A DNA stretch of 64,000 bases, taken from positions 1 to 64,000 of the IMG/VR virus record IMGVR_UViG_3300029813_000255, one strand, 5' to 3'. Below are positions 8,115 to 18,328 of the stretch, piece by piece. A model generated the notes under the pieces. That model saw only the letters and a list, made by a program, of their open reading frames with translations, was not told the origin of the DNA and did not search any database. The stretch's first letter is position 1, and each line of letters begins with the position of its first letter. A program made the translations under genes and the position numbers. The DNA comes from a virus.

Positions 8115-10325
8115 ATGAAAGGAATTATAATTTCTGGACACAGAAGAGGGAGTATGATAGATATTTGGCTGCGAACAGAAACCAATGAAAAACAAAAATT
8201 GACTATCAGTGATTTTTCTCCTTATTTTTATGTTTCTAATGATTTTGGAGAATATAAAGGAATCTACGGAGAATCTCTAACTAAAGTTCATACCAAGGAT
8301 CCTTCTCAGGTGAGGACTGAGAGAGAACATTACAAACGAAGTTGGGAAGCGGATATTCCTTTTGTTCGTAGAAGTTTAATTGACTTGGGTATTTACAAAG
8401 GAATAGAATTTCCTGAGAGTCCTCAATATATCTCTCAAAACGACGTAAAACCATGTAATGCGGACATTGAGCCGTTGGTTTTGTATTTGGATATTGAAAT
8501 ACTTCCAAGCGAAGGCTTTCCAACCGCTGAGAAAGCTGAAAAACCGGTTGTAAGTTTCTCTTTTAAGACCAATAAGAGTGATAAGTATTTTACATATATC
8601 TGGAGAGGGGACTTTAGGAGCGGTAGAAGAAACTATAGTAGTGAATGGGTAATATCTTATTGTGAAACCGAACAGGAACTTCTTTATGCTTTTTCAACCA
8701 TAATAGAGAAGATTCAACCAGATATTATTACAGGTTGGAATGTCATAGATTTTGACTTTGAATATCTGAGGAACAGGTTTAAGAAGTTGGATTTGCAATG
8801 GATAGACGAGAGAAGCTTTGAACTATTTGATATGCTTCAAGGTTATAAAAAGATTTTTTCGCAATCTTCATACGCACTGAAACGAGTAGCTGAGATAGAA
8901 GAGATAGCTAAGAAAGAGAATATAGAAACATTTAAAGAAGTGTCTGGCTACTATGAAACAGATATAAAGAGATTTGCTGAGTATAATAGGAGAGACGTAG
9001 AGTATGTAGCAAAGATAGATAAAAAGCATTCTTTGATAGAATATTTTCTAAATTTCAAGTGGTTGGTAGGGTTAGAAGATATTCAAAAGACTACTATAAA
9101 CTCTGTACTGATTGACACGTTGCTTCTTAGAGTAGCTAAGGAGAGAGGGATATGTTTACCGACGAAAGAGAAACATGAAGAACGCGAAAAGTACGAAGGT
9201 GCTTACGTTATGGTTGAGAAAGCGGGATTATATCAGGATACGGCTGTTTTTGACTTTAAATCATACTATCCTTATCTTATTATATCCTTCAATTTGTCAC
9301 CTGAGATTAAAGAAGGAGATTCAAAAGAAGGAATTATTCCATTTTTACTCAGGCAGTTGTTAACAGAAAAAGAGAAAATCAGTGACGAAATGCAAAAAGT
9401 ATTACCGGAAACACCTGAGTATAAGGCTCTTAAAATCCGCAAGGAAGCAACGAAGCGTGTCATTAATACTGTTTATGGGGGGACTGCTTATGTTGGTTTT
9501 AGGTTATACAAACGCGAAATAGCAGAAAAAACAACTAAGTATGGACGGGAAGGAATACAGCACTTAATATCGTTAGGTGATAAATACAATTACAAAGTAA
9601 TATTAGCGGATACAGATAGTATCTTTGCTCAAACAGAATTTGATAAGACAGAAGAGCTTTGTTCTACCTTAGAAACTGAAGTTCACAGTTATTTCCGTAA
9701 AGAGTATGGAGTAAAGATGAATTTGACGTTAGAATTTGAAAAATATATCCGAACTCTTCTTCTCACAGGTGTTAAGAAACGCTATGCAATGAGAATAAGC
9801 TATAATAACGGCGAATGTGACTATATTGAGACTAAAGGCTTTGAGAATATAAGGACTGATCAGTCTATCTTTACGAGAGATTTGTTGACAGAGTTGTTTG
9901 ATCTTATTCTCTACGATAATGATAAGAAAACGATTCAAAACTTTGTTCATGAGAAGCTGAATGAGTTTCCAAAAAGACCTCTGAGCGAGATAGGGATTAG
10001 TAGGGGGATTTCAAAACCATTTAATGAGTACAAAGCAAATACACCGCACGTGAGGGGATCAATTTATTCAAACACAAATCTCAACACTAATTTTTCACAT
10101 GGAGATAAAGTCCAGTTTTTGTGGGTCAGAGGCGTTGAAGGTTATCCACCAACTAACGTGATATGTTTCAATGAAGATACAGATTTAGCTAATTACAACG
10201 TAATAGTAGATTATGAAAGGATGAAACGTGTGTGTATTCTGGACAAGGTAACATCTATTTTGGATGCAGTTGGAATTGATTTGACTGGCAATAATAAACA
10301 GGCAACTTTTGAAAAGTTTATATAG
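8115..10325 (+). CDS. polB: Family B DNA polymerase with 3'-5' exonuclease
   Basis: ExoI YLDIE, ExoII GWNVIDFDF, ExoIII YNRRD, DFKSYYP, KRVINTVYG, ADTDS, KKRY. Confidence 0.96.
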   Translation: MKGIIISGHRRGSMIDIWLRTETNEKQKLTISDFSPYFYVSNDFGEYKGIYGESLTKVHTKDPSQVRTEREHYKRSWEADIPFVRRSLIDLGIYKGIEFPESPQYISQNDVKPCNADIEPLVLYLDIEILPSEGFPTAEKAEKPVVSFSFKTNKSDKYFTYIWRGDFRSGRRNYSSEWVISYCETEQELLYAFSTIIEKIQPDIITGWNVIDFDFEYLRNRFKKLDLQWIDERSFELFDMLQGYKKIFSQSSYALKRVAEIEEIAKKENIETFKEVSGYYETDIKRFAEYNRRDVEYVAKIDKKHSLIEYFLNFKWLVGLEDIQKTTINSVLIDTLLLRVAKERGICLPTKEKHEEREKYEGAYVMVEKAGLYQDTAVFDFKSYYPYLIISFNLSPEIKEGDSKEGIIPFLLRQLLTEKEKISDEMQKVLPETPEYKALKIRKEATKRVINTVYGGTAYVGFRLYKREIAEKTTKYGREGIQHLISLGDKYNYKVILADTDSIFAQTEFDKTEELCSTLETEVHSYFRKEYGVKMNLTLEFEKYIRTLLLTGVKKRYAMRISYNNGECDYIETKGFENIRTDQSIFTRDLLTELFDLILYDNDKKTIQNFVHEKLNEFPKRPLSEIGISRGISKPFNEYKANTPHVRGSIYSNTNLNTNFSHGDKVQFLWVRGVEGYPPTNVICFNEDTDLANYNVIVDYERMKRVCILDKVTSILDAVGIDLTGNNKQATFEKFI

Positions 10326-10333
10326 GATGAAAG

Positions 10334-10699
10334 ATGAGAAATACTGTAAAGACCAAGCGATTAAAGAATGGTGACAGACTTGTAGTTGTTAATATTGATG
10401 GAAAGTTTGAATACGCGCCTAAATATATTGATTTGAAAAGGTTGATAATGCACTTAGGCGCGATATATGGTAAGAAAGAAGTAACAAGAGAGTTGGGATT
10501 GGGGAAAACTACGGCTTTTCCAACTAAAAAGAAAAAGCAATACGGAGGTCAATGTAATCAAGGATATAGTAAAAGTTATGAAGAAGGGTATAACGAGGGA
10601 CGCTTGATTGGCTATGAAGAAGGTCTTGAAGTGAATTGTGAAGACGTTATAAAATTGTTGAAAATGTCAAAAGTAGATAAGGTTTGGAAAAAAAAATGA
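10334..10699 (+). CDS. Hypothetical protein
   Basis: ORF with GY..GY repeats. Confidence 0.55.
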   Translation: MRNTVKTKRLKNGDRLVVVNIDGKFEYAPKYIDLKRLIMHLGAIYGKKEVTRELGLGKTTAFPTKKKKQYGGQCNQGYSKSYEEGYNEGRLIGYEEGLEVNCEDVIKLLKMSKVDKVWKKK

Positions 10700-10847
10700 G
10701 AAAAATAAAGAAAGGTATTGTAGAAGTAGAGAACGCAGAGAGTCTGGGACAGCTAAAGGAAGGCGTTTTAGTTGTCCTTAAGAAGATTGACACAGAAATA
10801 GATTATTTGTGGACAGAAATAGATGAGTTACGGAGTAGGGAAATGAA

Positions 10848-11579
10848 ATGAAAGGAACAATAGAGACAGAATTGTTTAAGGGATTAGTGAAAGCTGTATC
10901 GTTGAATGGTGAAATAGAAACACCAGTGTTAACCTTTGAATCCGATCACTTGGAAACAACGAATATAGATATATCGCACTCAGTTATATCAGTTTGCAGA
11001 TTTGGAAAAGATAGTTTTGTGGAGTACAACATAGTGAAAGACGAAGAGATAACAATAGATGCAAGAAAAATTTTGAAATTGATAAAGAATCTTCACGGCG
11101 AAGAGGTAGATATAGAAACAAAAGAGTCATCACTTACTTTGGTAACAGAAACGGAGAAACTAAAAATACCTTTGTTGACAGTGAATAGACCAAAGAAACC
11201 AACAACGGTAAAAATAGAAGAAAATGGAGATATAGCTGTTGATATTGAAATCCAACTAAACGAGACAATTCCGGTACTCACTAAAGAATTAGGAACTTTA
11301 GACGAAACAGATACAATTTTTGAGGTTAAAGATGGTAAATTTTCTATTATGCAAGAAACCACAGATGGATACTCATTTCGTAGTGAAGTAAAGGAACATG
11401 TAGATTCACCGAACCTTGAAAGTAGGTTTAATACTGCTTTTCTTAAAACATTATTTAATTCGTGTATAGACAAAGAGGTTAGTATAAGACTTGCAAAACA
11501 AAAACCACTTGTATTAGATAACAAAACAGAGAATTATCAGACTGTGTTTATGTTAGCGCCGATGATAGAATATAAGTAA
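10848..11579 (+). CDS. pcn: PCNA sliding clamp
   Basis: 243 aa; D.SH.V motif, F..Y, C-terminal KPLVL...FMLAPMI. Confidence 0.88.
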   Translation: MKGTIETELFKGLVKAVSLNGEIETPVLTFESDHLETTNIDISHSVISVCRFGKDSFVEYNIVKDEEITIDARKILKLIKNLHGEEVDIETKESSLTLVTETEKLKIPLLTVNRPKKPTTVKIEENGDIAVDIEIQLNETIPVLTKELGTLDETDTIFEVKDGKFSIMQETTDGYSFRSEVKEHVDSPNLESRFNTAFLKTLFNSCIDKEVSIRLAKQKPLVLDNKTENYQTVFMLAPMIEYK

Positions 11580-11580
11580 A

Positions 11581-11928
11581 ATGAACAAAGAAGAAAAAGA
11601 AGCAGTAATAACCGAATATACAAACTATTGGACTTTAGTAAATAGTGTAAGAGACATAGTTTTGGATGCACTTGATGCCCTTCCGATAGGTGATGCAATA
11701 TCCGTACTGGACAGGGTTAAGACTGAATTAATTCAACAGGAGACGATACTATCAATGGATGAAGAAATGCAATCAGGACAAGATGAAGAGATTGAGAGTG
11801 AGTCAATAAATCCAGTTGCAATAAAAGGTAAGTTGGATGGAAAAGTAGAAGCGTTGTTGGAAAACATTAAAAACATGGGAGATGTAGGAGATATAAGTAA
11901 AGAGGTGAAAGAGAGAATAAATAGTTGA
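11581..11928 (+). CDS. Hypothetical protein
   Basis: ORF. Confidence 0.55.
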   Translation: MNKEEKEAVITEYTNYWTLVNSVRDIVLDALDALPIGDAISVLDRVKTELIQQETILSMDEEMQSGQDEEIESESINPVAIKGKLDGKVEALLENIKNMGDVGDISKEVKERINS

Positions 11929-11949
11929 TGTTAAGGGGTGTGAAAAAAA

Positions 11950-12318
11950 ATGAAGTCGAAAGTCGAAAAGCAGTTGGATATTGAATTTGAGAAAATGGGA
12001 GTAAAACCACATGTGTATCACTTTACAAGCAATGTTTCACCGTTTAATGCAGTTACAATTGTTGACGATAAGATACCACTTGGAGGTAATAAGGGAGCGT
12101 GGAGCAATATAAGAGGAGCAATAGACAATGTATTTAAACGTGAATACCTTTGGATGCAGAAGTGTTGTCCAGCTACTCGGTTTATTCAAGGATTGAAGTT
12201 GAGTCATATTTATGGTGTTGCTATCTGTGATGCACGAGACCAGTTCAATCGTCAACGAGGTCGTATAATTGGTAAAGAGAGGTTGTTAAAACACTTAAAA
12301 GAAGGAATACAAAAATGA
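11950..12318 (+). CDS. Hypothetical viral protein
   Basis: GVAICDARDQFNRQRGRIIG pattern seen in phage proteins. Confidence 0.6.
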   Translation: MKSKVEKQLDIEFEKMGVKPHVYHFTSNVSPFNAVTIVDDKIPLGGNKGAWSNIRGAIDNVFKREYLWMQKCCPATRFIQGLKLSHIYGVAICDARDQFNRQRGRIIGKERLLKHLKEGIQK

Positions 12319-12509
12319 CTGAAAAAGACGATTGGGCTTTCCTAAAGAAAGTCAAAAACGAAATAGAAGATTATCTACGAGGACGAGAAGGAACAATAAC
12401 TATCGAACAACGTAAAGATAAGTTTGTATTGAATATAATGTTAGCGAAGGAAGATAAGTTGAAGATATATTCTAACGATGTACCACGTTGTTTGCACATT
12501 TTGAGGTGA
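12315..12509 (+). CDS. Hypothetical protein
   Basis: Coupled ORF. Confidence 0.5.
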   Translation: MTEKDDWAFLKKVKNEIEDYLRGREGTITIEQRKDKFVLNIMLAKEDKLKIYSNDVPRCLHILR

Positions 12510-12524
12510 AAAATATTAAGAAAA

Positions 12525-12866
12525 ATGAAAAAAATAAGTATATCAGTTCCAACATTGATGGCTAATAGGATTGTTCTTAAAAGTATACAAGAGCCTGATT
12601 CAACAGTAATTGAGCGATTAATGATAGTTAATTACAAAGTTGGCAGTATGAATGAGCATCTACTAAAATACCACAAACTCGATTCAAACGTTCAAAGAGA
12701 AGAGTTTAAAGTAAATTTAGCAGAGACAATGTGCCATTGTATAACACTTGCTATGACAGAAGGATGGGACGTTTCAAAGTTAGTTGCATTAGGGTGGGAC
12801 AAAATCGGTGATAGGTTTAAGGATTTCGAGAAAGGTGTTTGGATAGATAGGAGTATAAAACTATGA
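12525..12866 (+). CDS. MazG-like helical protein (possibly degenerate NTP pyrophosphohydrolase)
   Basis: REEFKVNLAETMCHCITLA...GWD; coupled to the ThyA-like gene. Confidence 0.4.
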   Translation: MKKISISVPTLMANRIVLKSIQEPDSTVIERLMIVNYKVGSMNEHLLKYHKLDSNVQREEFKVNLAETMCHCITLAMTEGWDVSKLVALGWDKIGDRFKDFEKGVWIDRSIKL

Positions 12867-13603
12867 AATTACTTACAAAACTAATAGAAGAAAAGAACTT
12901 TCATAATGCGTATGCAAGAGCAGTACAAGCAGTGATACAAGAAGGAGCAGGTTTAGTAATAGGGGGGGCAGAACAGAGAAAACCAATAAAAGATAGCTGC
13001 ATGTTAATAAGTTTGATGGGGAGTGCAATTAAGCAAATAGAGAATAGAGAATTACATCCACTGTTTCCAACTAAAAGAAAGCACCTTGATGAGTATTGTA
13101 AAGAATTCACAAGAAGCTATGTGGAAAGATACCTTGAAATGCCACTTAATGAGAGATTTGCATATCTGTACTTTGAACGCTTAACATTATATTCCGGATA
13201 TAAAAAAAGCAATACTGTAGTAGATCAAATGTTGTCACTCAGAGAAGAATTGTTGGATAAAAAGGAACTCACTGTAACATCTAATAGAGATCAGGCAATA
13301 ACATGGCAAGTTGGACCTGATAATGAAACGTCATCTCCTCCATGTTTGCAACGTATACAGATAAGGTACATTCCAGAAAATAAAGTAGATGTTCACCTAA
13401 CATGGCGTAGTAGGGATCTTTATGCCGCATGGCAGAGTAATGTTATTTGTTTAATAGACATGCTTAATAGGGAAGTAATTAAGCCAAACAATTGTCAAAT
13501 AGTAAGAGTAATAGATTTCAGTGATAGTTTACACATATACAAAACGGACTTAGAGGAAGCAAAGAAAGTTAAATTAGTTCCCGTTAGTCCGCAGGAATTA
13601 TAG
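12863..13603 (+). CDS. thyA: Thymidylate synthase family protein (archaeal type)
   Basis: PPCLQ catalytic Cys, WRSRD, WQSN, SLHIY. Confidence 0.85.
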   Translation: MKLLTKLIEEKNFHNAYARAVQAVIQEGAGLVIGGAEQRKPIKDSCMLISLMGSAIKQIENRELHPLFPTKRKHLDEYCKEFTRSYVERYLEMPLNERFAYLYFERLTLYSGYKKSNTVVDQMLSLREELLDKKELTVTSNRDQAITWQVGPDNETSSPPCLQRIQIRYIPENKVDVHLTWRSRDLYAAWQSNVICLIDMLNREVIKPNNCQIVRVIDFSDSLHIYKTDLEEAKKVKLVPVSPQEL

Positions 13604-13616
13604 GTGAAAAAGAAAA

Positions 13617-14054
13617 ATGCCATACAAAAAGTTTTTTGAAGGAGGTAGTGAAGACTATAGTTTATACGATTTAGCAAGACTATTGACAAATCCAAACATA
13701 AGAGTTCTCTGGAAACACGCCGAAACCTTAATGTTCAAGCAAAAGGACAAAGGAATTTATGGTAAGACTTTTTTCTATGTCTTCTATCAGGACATAAAAG
13801 AAGAATTGCAACAAGAACAAGAGAGTTTCAAGTCAAAACTTGAAATTGCAAAAGAAGTAAGTACAGATGAAAGGTATTACAAACTAAAGAATGCACGTCA
13901 AAGAGAACTATATATGATTAGTGAGCATTTCTTATCAAGAACAGAGGCGCAGGATGTCATTGAACTGTTAAAACCAGAACTCGCTCAGATTATTAGAGAC
14001 GCTGAAGAGAACACGGAGGAAGATGTACATTATAGAGGAGAAGATAGAAGATGA
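13617..14054 (+). CDS. Hypothetical protein
   Basis: ORF with RBS. Confidence 0.6.
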   Translation: MPYKKFFEGGSEDYSLYDLARLLTNPNIRVLWKHAETLMFKQKDKGIYGKTFFYVFYQDIKEELQQEQESFKSKLEIAKEVSTDERYYKLKNARQRELYMISEHFLSRTEAQDVIELLKPELAQIIRDAEENTEEDVHYRGEDRR

Positions 14055-14202
14055 GTGATTTCACCGAAAAGATTTATGTATGTATGGTATGCGGCAATGA
14101 TTATACATTGAGTGAAGTTATCCGTAAATATGGGATAGGAATTCCGTTTGGTTATTGTTCTTCTCAATGTTATACAACTGATAGAATGGGAAACGATAAA
14201 AA

Positions 14203-14433
14203 ATGAAAATGGAAGAAGTATTGAATAAGGCTCAATTAGAAAGAATAAAAAAGATAGGAGAGGTAGCAGTAGAACGCAAAGATGCTATGTATGAAAGTCA
14301 GCAATTGAACTCAGAAGCACAAAAGATACTGATGGGATTAGTAGATGAAGACGCAGACGAACTCATAAGGGATATAATCAATGATAAGTTTGTTGAATAT
14401 ATGGATAAAGAAACTAAGAGGAGGAAAGAGTAA
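14203..14433 (+). CDS. Hypothetical protein
   Basis: ORF. Confidence 0.5.
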   Translation: MKMEEVLNKAQLERIKKIGEVAVERKDAMYESQQLNSEAQKILMGLVDEDADELIRDIINDKFVEYMDKETKRRKE

Positions 14434-14459
14434 ACAATGATAGAACGAGGCGAAAGATA

Positions 14460-15218
14460 ATGGTCGATAAAAAGGGGTTTTTACTAATGGGAATACTGCT
14501 ATTAGGTGGGTTATTTGCAATTATGATTTCACTTATGTGTTATGGCATATTGGTTCAAAAACCATATATATCAGTGGGTGATCGCGTTTTTGAACCAAAT
14601 GAGATGAAATATGGATATGTCGTTACTGCTTTTGACTGGCCAGATCATTTACCTACTAATGTACGCTTTGATGATGGAAATGGTGCTCAAGTCCCAGCAA
14701 AACGCTTGATAAAGGTAAATGGTTCTAAATATTTACAGATAGGCGAGTTTTCTATTTATCCGACTCCCCTTCGTAATTGGTATGCAAACAGATTTGAAGG
14801 TTGGCATTGTAAGCCACCAATTGCAGACATCAAAAATTACTGTGAAGCGATGTATGGAAATTATAGTAATAGATATAGTTGTTATAAAAAAACAGATAAT
14901 GAAATAATATATTATGATGTTGTTGCATTAAACGTGACGCTTTGGAAATGGCAAGGAATGATAGATAATACATCAAATATGTATAAGGAAGTACTTAAAA
15001 CGCGAAATGCTAATCAAAACTATCGAGATTACGAAGCTATAAACTACGCTCTTTTGTGTTCTTGGATGAATCATTATGGGCTAAGATATAACAATCGTAG
15101 TTTGCATATTGACGATTTTGACGAAATAAAAAGGAATGTCGTTTTTATGTGCCAGTATTGTAGGATATATGGTTATACAGGATATGATGAATACAGAGGG
15201 TGTTATCGCGTGTATTAG
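14460..15218 (+). CDS. Membrane-anchored hypothetical protein
   Basis: N-terminal TM helix, Tyr/Cys-rich body. Confidence 0.6.
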   Translation: MVDKKGFLLMGILLLGGLFAIMISLMCYGILVQKPYISVGDRVFEPNEMKYGYVVTAFDWPDHLPTNVRFDDGNGAQVPAKRLIKVNGSKYLQIGEFSIYPTPLRNWYANRFEGWHCKPPIADIKNYCEAMYGNYSNRYSCYKKTDNEIIYYDVVALNVTLWKWQGMIDNTSNMYKEVLKTRNANQNYRDYEAINYALLCSWMNHYGLRYNNRSLHIDDFDEIKRNVVFMCQYCRIYGYTGYDEYRGCYRVY

Positions 15219-15711
15219 TGGGAAAAACGGCACAAAAATATCTATATTGTTAGCATTGTAGAATATATCAAGTAATAGGACAAAAAAGGTAGAACAATAA
15301 TAGAACAGATATTAATTATAGTAATTGCTGTGGATATTGTAATATTTGCTATTTTAATTGGAGTAGTGTTTGGTCAACACTCAGTATGGAAAAGTTTACG
15401 TGAAAAAAGGACATGTTACAATAGATGGGTGGTATTATGCAGTAGTTAGAGTCAAGGAAGGCCAATACAAACGGTGGGACTAAACTGAAATAAAAAGGAA
15501 CCAAGAAGAAATGAAAAAACTGGAGATATGTACTTTTGTATTGTTAATATATACTATCTTTTTAGTATATATTATAAATAGTATAAATGCAATAACTCTT
15601 TGTACGTTACTTGGTTTGTTTTTAGTATTAGTATATATCTCAGAGAGAGTATATAGAAGTGAAGAAAAATGTTGGATTTTATAGATTTTAATATACATAT
15701 CTAATTTTTGA

Positions 15712-15840
15712 AAAGTTTATATAGGATGTTTTACATACCTATCAGTTTACAATCATTGCGCGAAAAGCAACGCATCTAAGGCAGTTCTTTAAGGAAAAAA
15801 CGACAACTATAATAAACTAAAAACATCATATATAAACTTT
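15712..15840. promoter_or_regulatory. Pair of convergent TATA promoters forming a 21-bp inverted repeat
   Basis: AAAGTTTATATAGGATGTTTT (15712-15732) vs reverse complement of 15820-15840, 1 mismatch. Confidence 0.65.
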
Positions 15841-15848
15841 AAAAGGAT

Positions 15849-16229
15849 GTGAAAGAAATGAGTGAAATTGTTGAAATGGAATGTGGGATATGTACTAAGA
15901 AGTTAGGATTAAACCGAAATAATATATTCCAAGGGAATATGATATGCGACAGTTGCAGCGAAACATTTGAAAAGCGATATTATAGAACAAAGAAGAAAAG
16001 ACAGGAAAGAGTTAGAAATAGAAATAGGAACAATATTTTGATGCGATATTTTGAAATGTTAGGGGAGATTGAAAAAGCTGAAAAAGTAGATTCAGAAATG
16101 GCAAAGGAAAATACTAAGATTTGTAGGACGATAGCAGGTACATTAGAATGGGTTTTAATAAAAGTAACGAGAGCAGAAGTAATAGAATGGAATAATAGAA
16201 AAAATGTGGAGTCTATATCAAAACAATGA
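15849..16229 (+). CDS. Zn-finger protein
   Basis: CGIC...CDSC. Confidence 0.6.
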   Translation: MKEMSEIVEMECGICTKKLGLNRNNIFQGNMICDSCSETFEKRYYRTKKKRQERVRNRNRNNILMRYFEMLGEIEKAEKVDSEMAKENTKICRTIAGTLEWVLIKVTRAEVIEWNNRKNVESISKQ

Positions 16230-17916
16230 GTTAGTTAGTCCATTACAATATTCAACAGGTACAGGACAGGATACAACAGTTACAGAGATAATAGAAGCTT
16301 TTGGGTCTTACGATGTTGTTTTTTTGAAAGGTAATGTAGGAAGCGGGAAGAGTGGGGTCGCTTTGAATGTAGCAAATAGTTGCGGAGGAGCTTTGATTGT
16401 TGTTCCTACAAAATTTCTTCAGCGGCAGTATGTTCAAGATTACTGTGAAAGCAAGTATAAAATCCTAAAAAATAACAAAGACTGGATGAAAATAAGCCTT
16501 GTTAAAGGTAGAAATAACTTTAGTTGTTTGTATGATCCATATCTCAAGTGTAATCATAAGTCACTGCCTTGCATAAGAACGTTACCAAAGAGAAAAGGAA
16601 AACCAGTTTCAAGATTAGAAATAGCGTCTGACTGTCCTTTTTTCAGTCCAATTATAAGAACAGAATTGGAAGCATTGTACGATAATGAGTTGGAATGTGA
16701 GTTTGAATCTATAAGGTATCAAGCAGTGGGCAATGATTTTTCTGTCCTAAGACGACAAGAACAGGTATGTCCTTACTATCAACAATATCAAGAGTACGGG
16801 ACATCAGATGTCGTCTTGATGAATTCAGCAATTTGGATGCTTGAGACTCTATCACTTAAAAGAAAGTCTGTAAAGCCAGTTGAAATAATTGACGAAGGTG
16901 ATGCCTTTTTGGATAGTCTTTCTCTAAAGAAGTCTATCAGTTACAGGCTGCTTGATGGCATAGCAGAGAAGCTGATTAAAGATAAGACAATTGGACAAGA
17001 AGAGATAGAAACTTTTACAGTAATCAAGAATCTGTTCAATGAAGTCACAAAAATAAATTATGAAGGTGATATTAGAGAAGACGAAAAGGAGTTTCTGGAG
17101 CAATTTGTAGAGTTTTTAGTTGATATAAGCGATGAAAACAGCGGTAAATATTCAGATATACTTGAGTTTTTGGACGTGTGTTATGTATCAATCAAGGATA
17201 GACAAATTGAATATTTCATACCAGAGCCAAAGATAGTTGTTAAGAGACTGTTAGGTTTGAGTGCTAAGAAGATGTTGTTTATGTCTGCTACGTTCCAATC
17301 AGAGAAAATTCTTGAAGATATTTTTGGCTTTGATAATTTCTGCTTTATCGAAGGTGAGCCAAAGTTTCCTGGTACGGTATATCCGAAGCGATTAGAAACT
17401 GAACGTAGAGTTACTTATAAAAATTGGAAGCATAAGGAGTTTAAGAATCTTTATTGGAGAAACCTAATTAATGCAATTAAGCAGTCCACAAAACCATGTA
17501 TGATACCAGTTCACGCTTTTAAGTACCTACCTGAAGCTATTCGTGAAAAGTTGGGAGGGCAAGGAACATTGAGAACAAAAGATGGAAATATTACATTTTC
17601 AACAGTAATGAAACGAGGCGTGGACTTGAAGGATGATCAGTGTAGAAGTATTGTAATGCTTAAATTTCCATTTCCAAACATGCAGGAACCGATCCTAAAG
17701 GCGATGCGACTGAAATTAGGCGATGAAAATTTCTGGCGGTATTATCACGACATTGCTAAGCGGGAGTTCATACAGACAATAGGAAGAGGTGTGAGACACA
17801 AAGATGACTGGGTTGAATTGTGGTCACCAGATCGAACAGTTCTGGGCTTTCTTGAGAATTTATGGAAAGGTAAGATTGATTGGAATGGAAAGGAGCAATT
17901 AAAAGTAGAGATATAG
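16204..17916 (+). CDS. DinG/XPD(Rad3)-like SF2 helicase
   Basis: GNVGSGKS, KGRNNFSC with Cys cluster, IIDEGD, MSAT, RGVDL, QTIGRGVRH. Confidence 0.88.
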   Translation: MWSLYQNNELVSPLQYSTGTGQDTTVTEIIEAFGSYDVVFLKGNVGSGKSGVALNVANSCGGALIVVPTKFLQRQYVQDYCESKYKILKNNKDWMKISLVKGRNNFSCLYDPYLKCNHKSLPCIRTLPKRKGKPVSRLEIASDCPFFSPIIRTELEALYDNELECEFESIRYQAVGNDFSVLRRQEQVCPYYQQYQEYGTSDVVLMNSAIWMLETLSLKRKSVKPVEIIDEGDAFLDSLSLKKSISYRLLDGIAEKLIKDKTIGQEEIETFTVIKNLFNEVTKINYEGDIREDEKEFLEQFVEFLVDISDENSGKYSDILEFLDVCYVSIKDRQIEYFIPEPKIVVKRLLGLSAKKMLFMSATFQSEKILEDIFGFDNFCFIEGEPKFPGTVYPKRLETERRVTYKNWKHKEFKNLYWRNLINAIKQSTKPCMIPVHAFKYLPEAIREKLGGQGTLRTKDGNITFSTVMKRGVDLKDDQCRSIVMLKFPFPNMQEPILKAMRLKLGDENFWRYYHDIAKREFIQTIGRGVRHKDDWVELWSPDRTVLGFLENLWKGKIDWNGKEQLKVEI

Positions 17917-17919
17917 AAA

Positions 17920-18297
17920 ATGATAGAAAAGAAAATAGTACTATCATTAATGATAGTACTATTTGTGATATTTATATATGTAGTAATTTCCATTATTACA
18001 TACCCAACCGAAGATTTGATAGCATACGAATGTCCAGAAGACAATAAAGTGCAATTTGAAGACCATAAAGTTATGTATGTTGTAGTAGATATGCAGTCAA
18101 GACCCTGTAAGGATATGCTAATTGAAATTATTTGTAATAGTAAAATACAACACAATGTTACACAAATTGATGGTAGTTGTTTATTTAGACAGAGTGGATA
18201 TTCTAACTACACGATAAGAGTTTATAACAAAACTATGAGTGCGCAGAAAGAGTTTAATATATATCCACTTAAAGCTTGTTATTTGCTTGTTACGTGA
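17920..18297 (+). CDS. Membrane-anchored protein
   Basis: N-terminal TM helix. Confidence 0.55.
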   Translation: MIEKKIVLSLMIVLFVIFIYVVISIITYPTEDLIAYECPEDNKVQFEDHKVMYVVVDMQSRPCKDMLIEIICNSKIQHNVTQIDGSCLFRQSGYSNYTIRVYNKTMSAQKEFNIYPLKACYLLVT

Positions 18298-18328
18298 TAG
18301 ATACAACAAAAGAAAAAGAGCAAAAATA

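Noticed and set aside
8115-10325. Intein or intron in polB
   Set aside because: The length (736 aa) and contiguous motifs leave no room for an insertion
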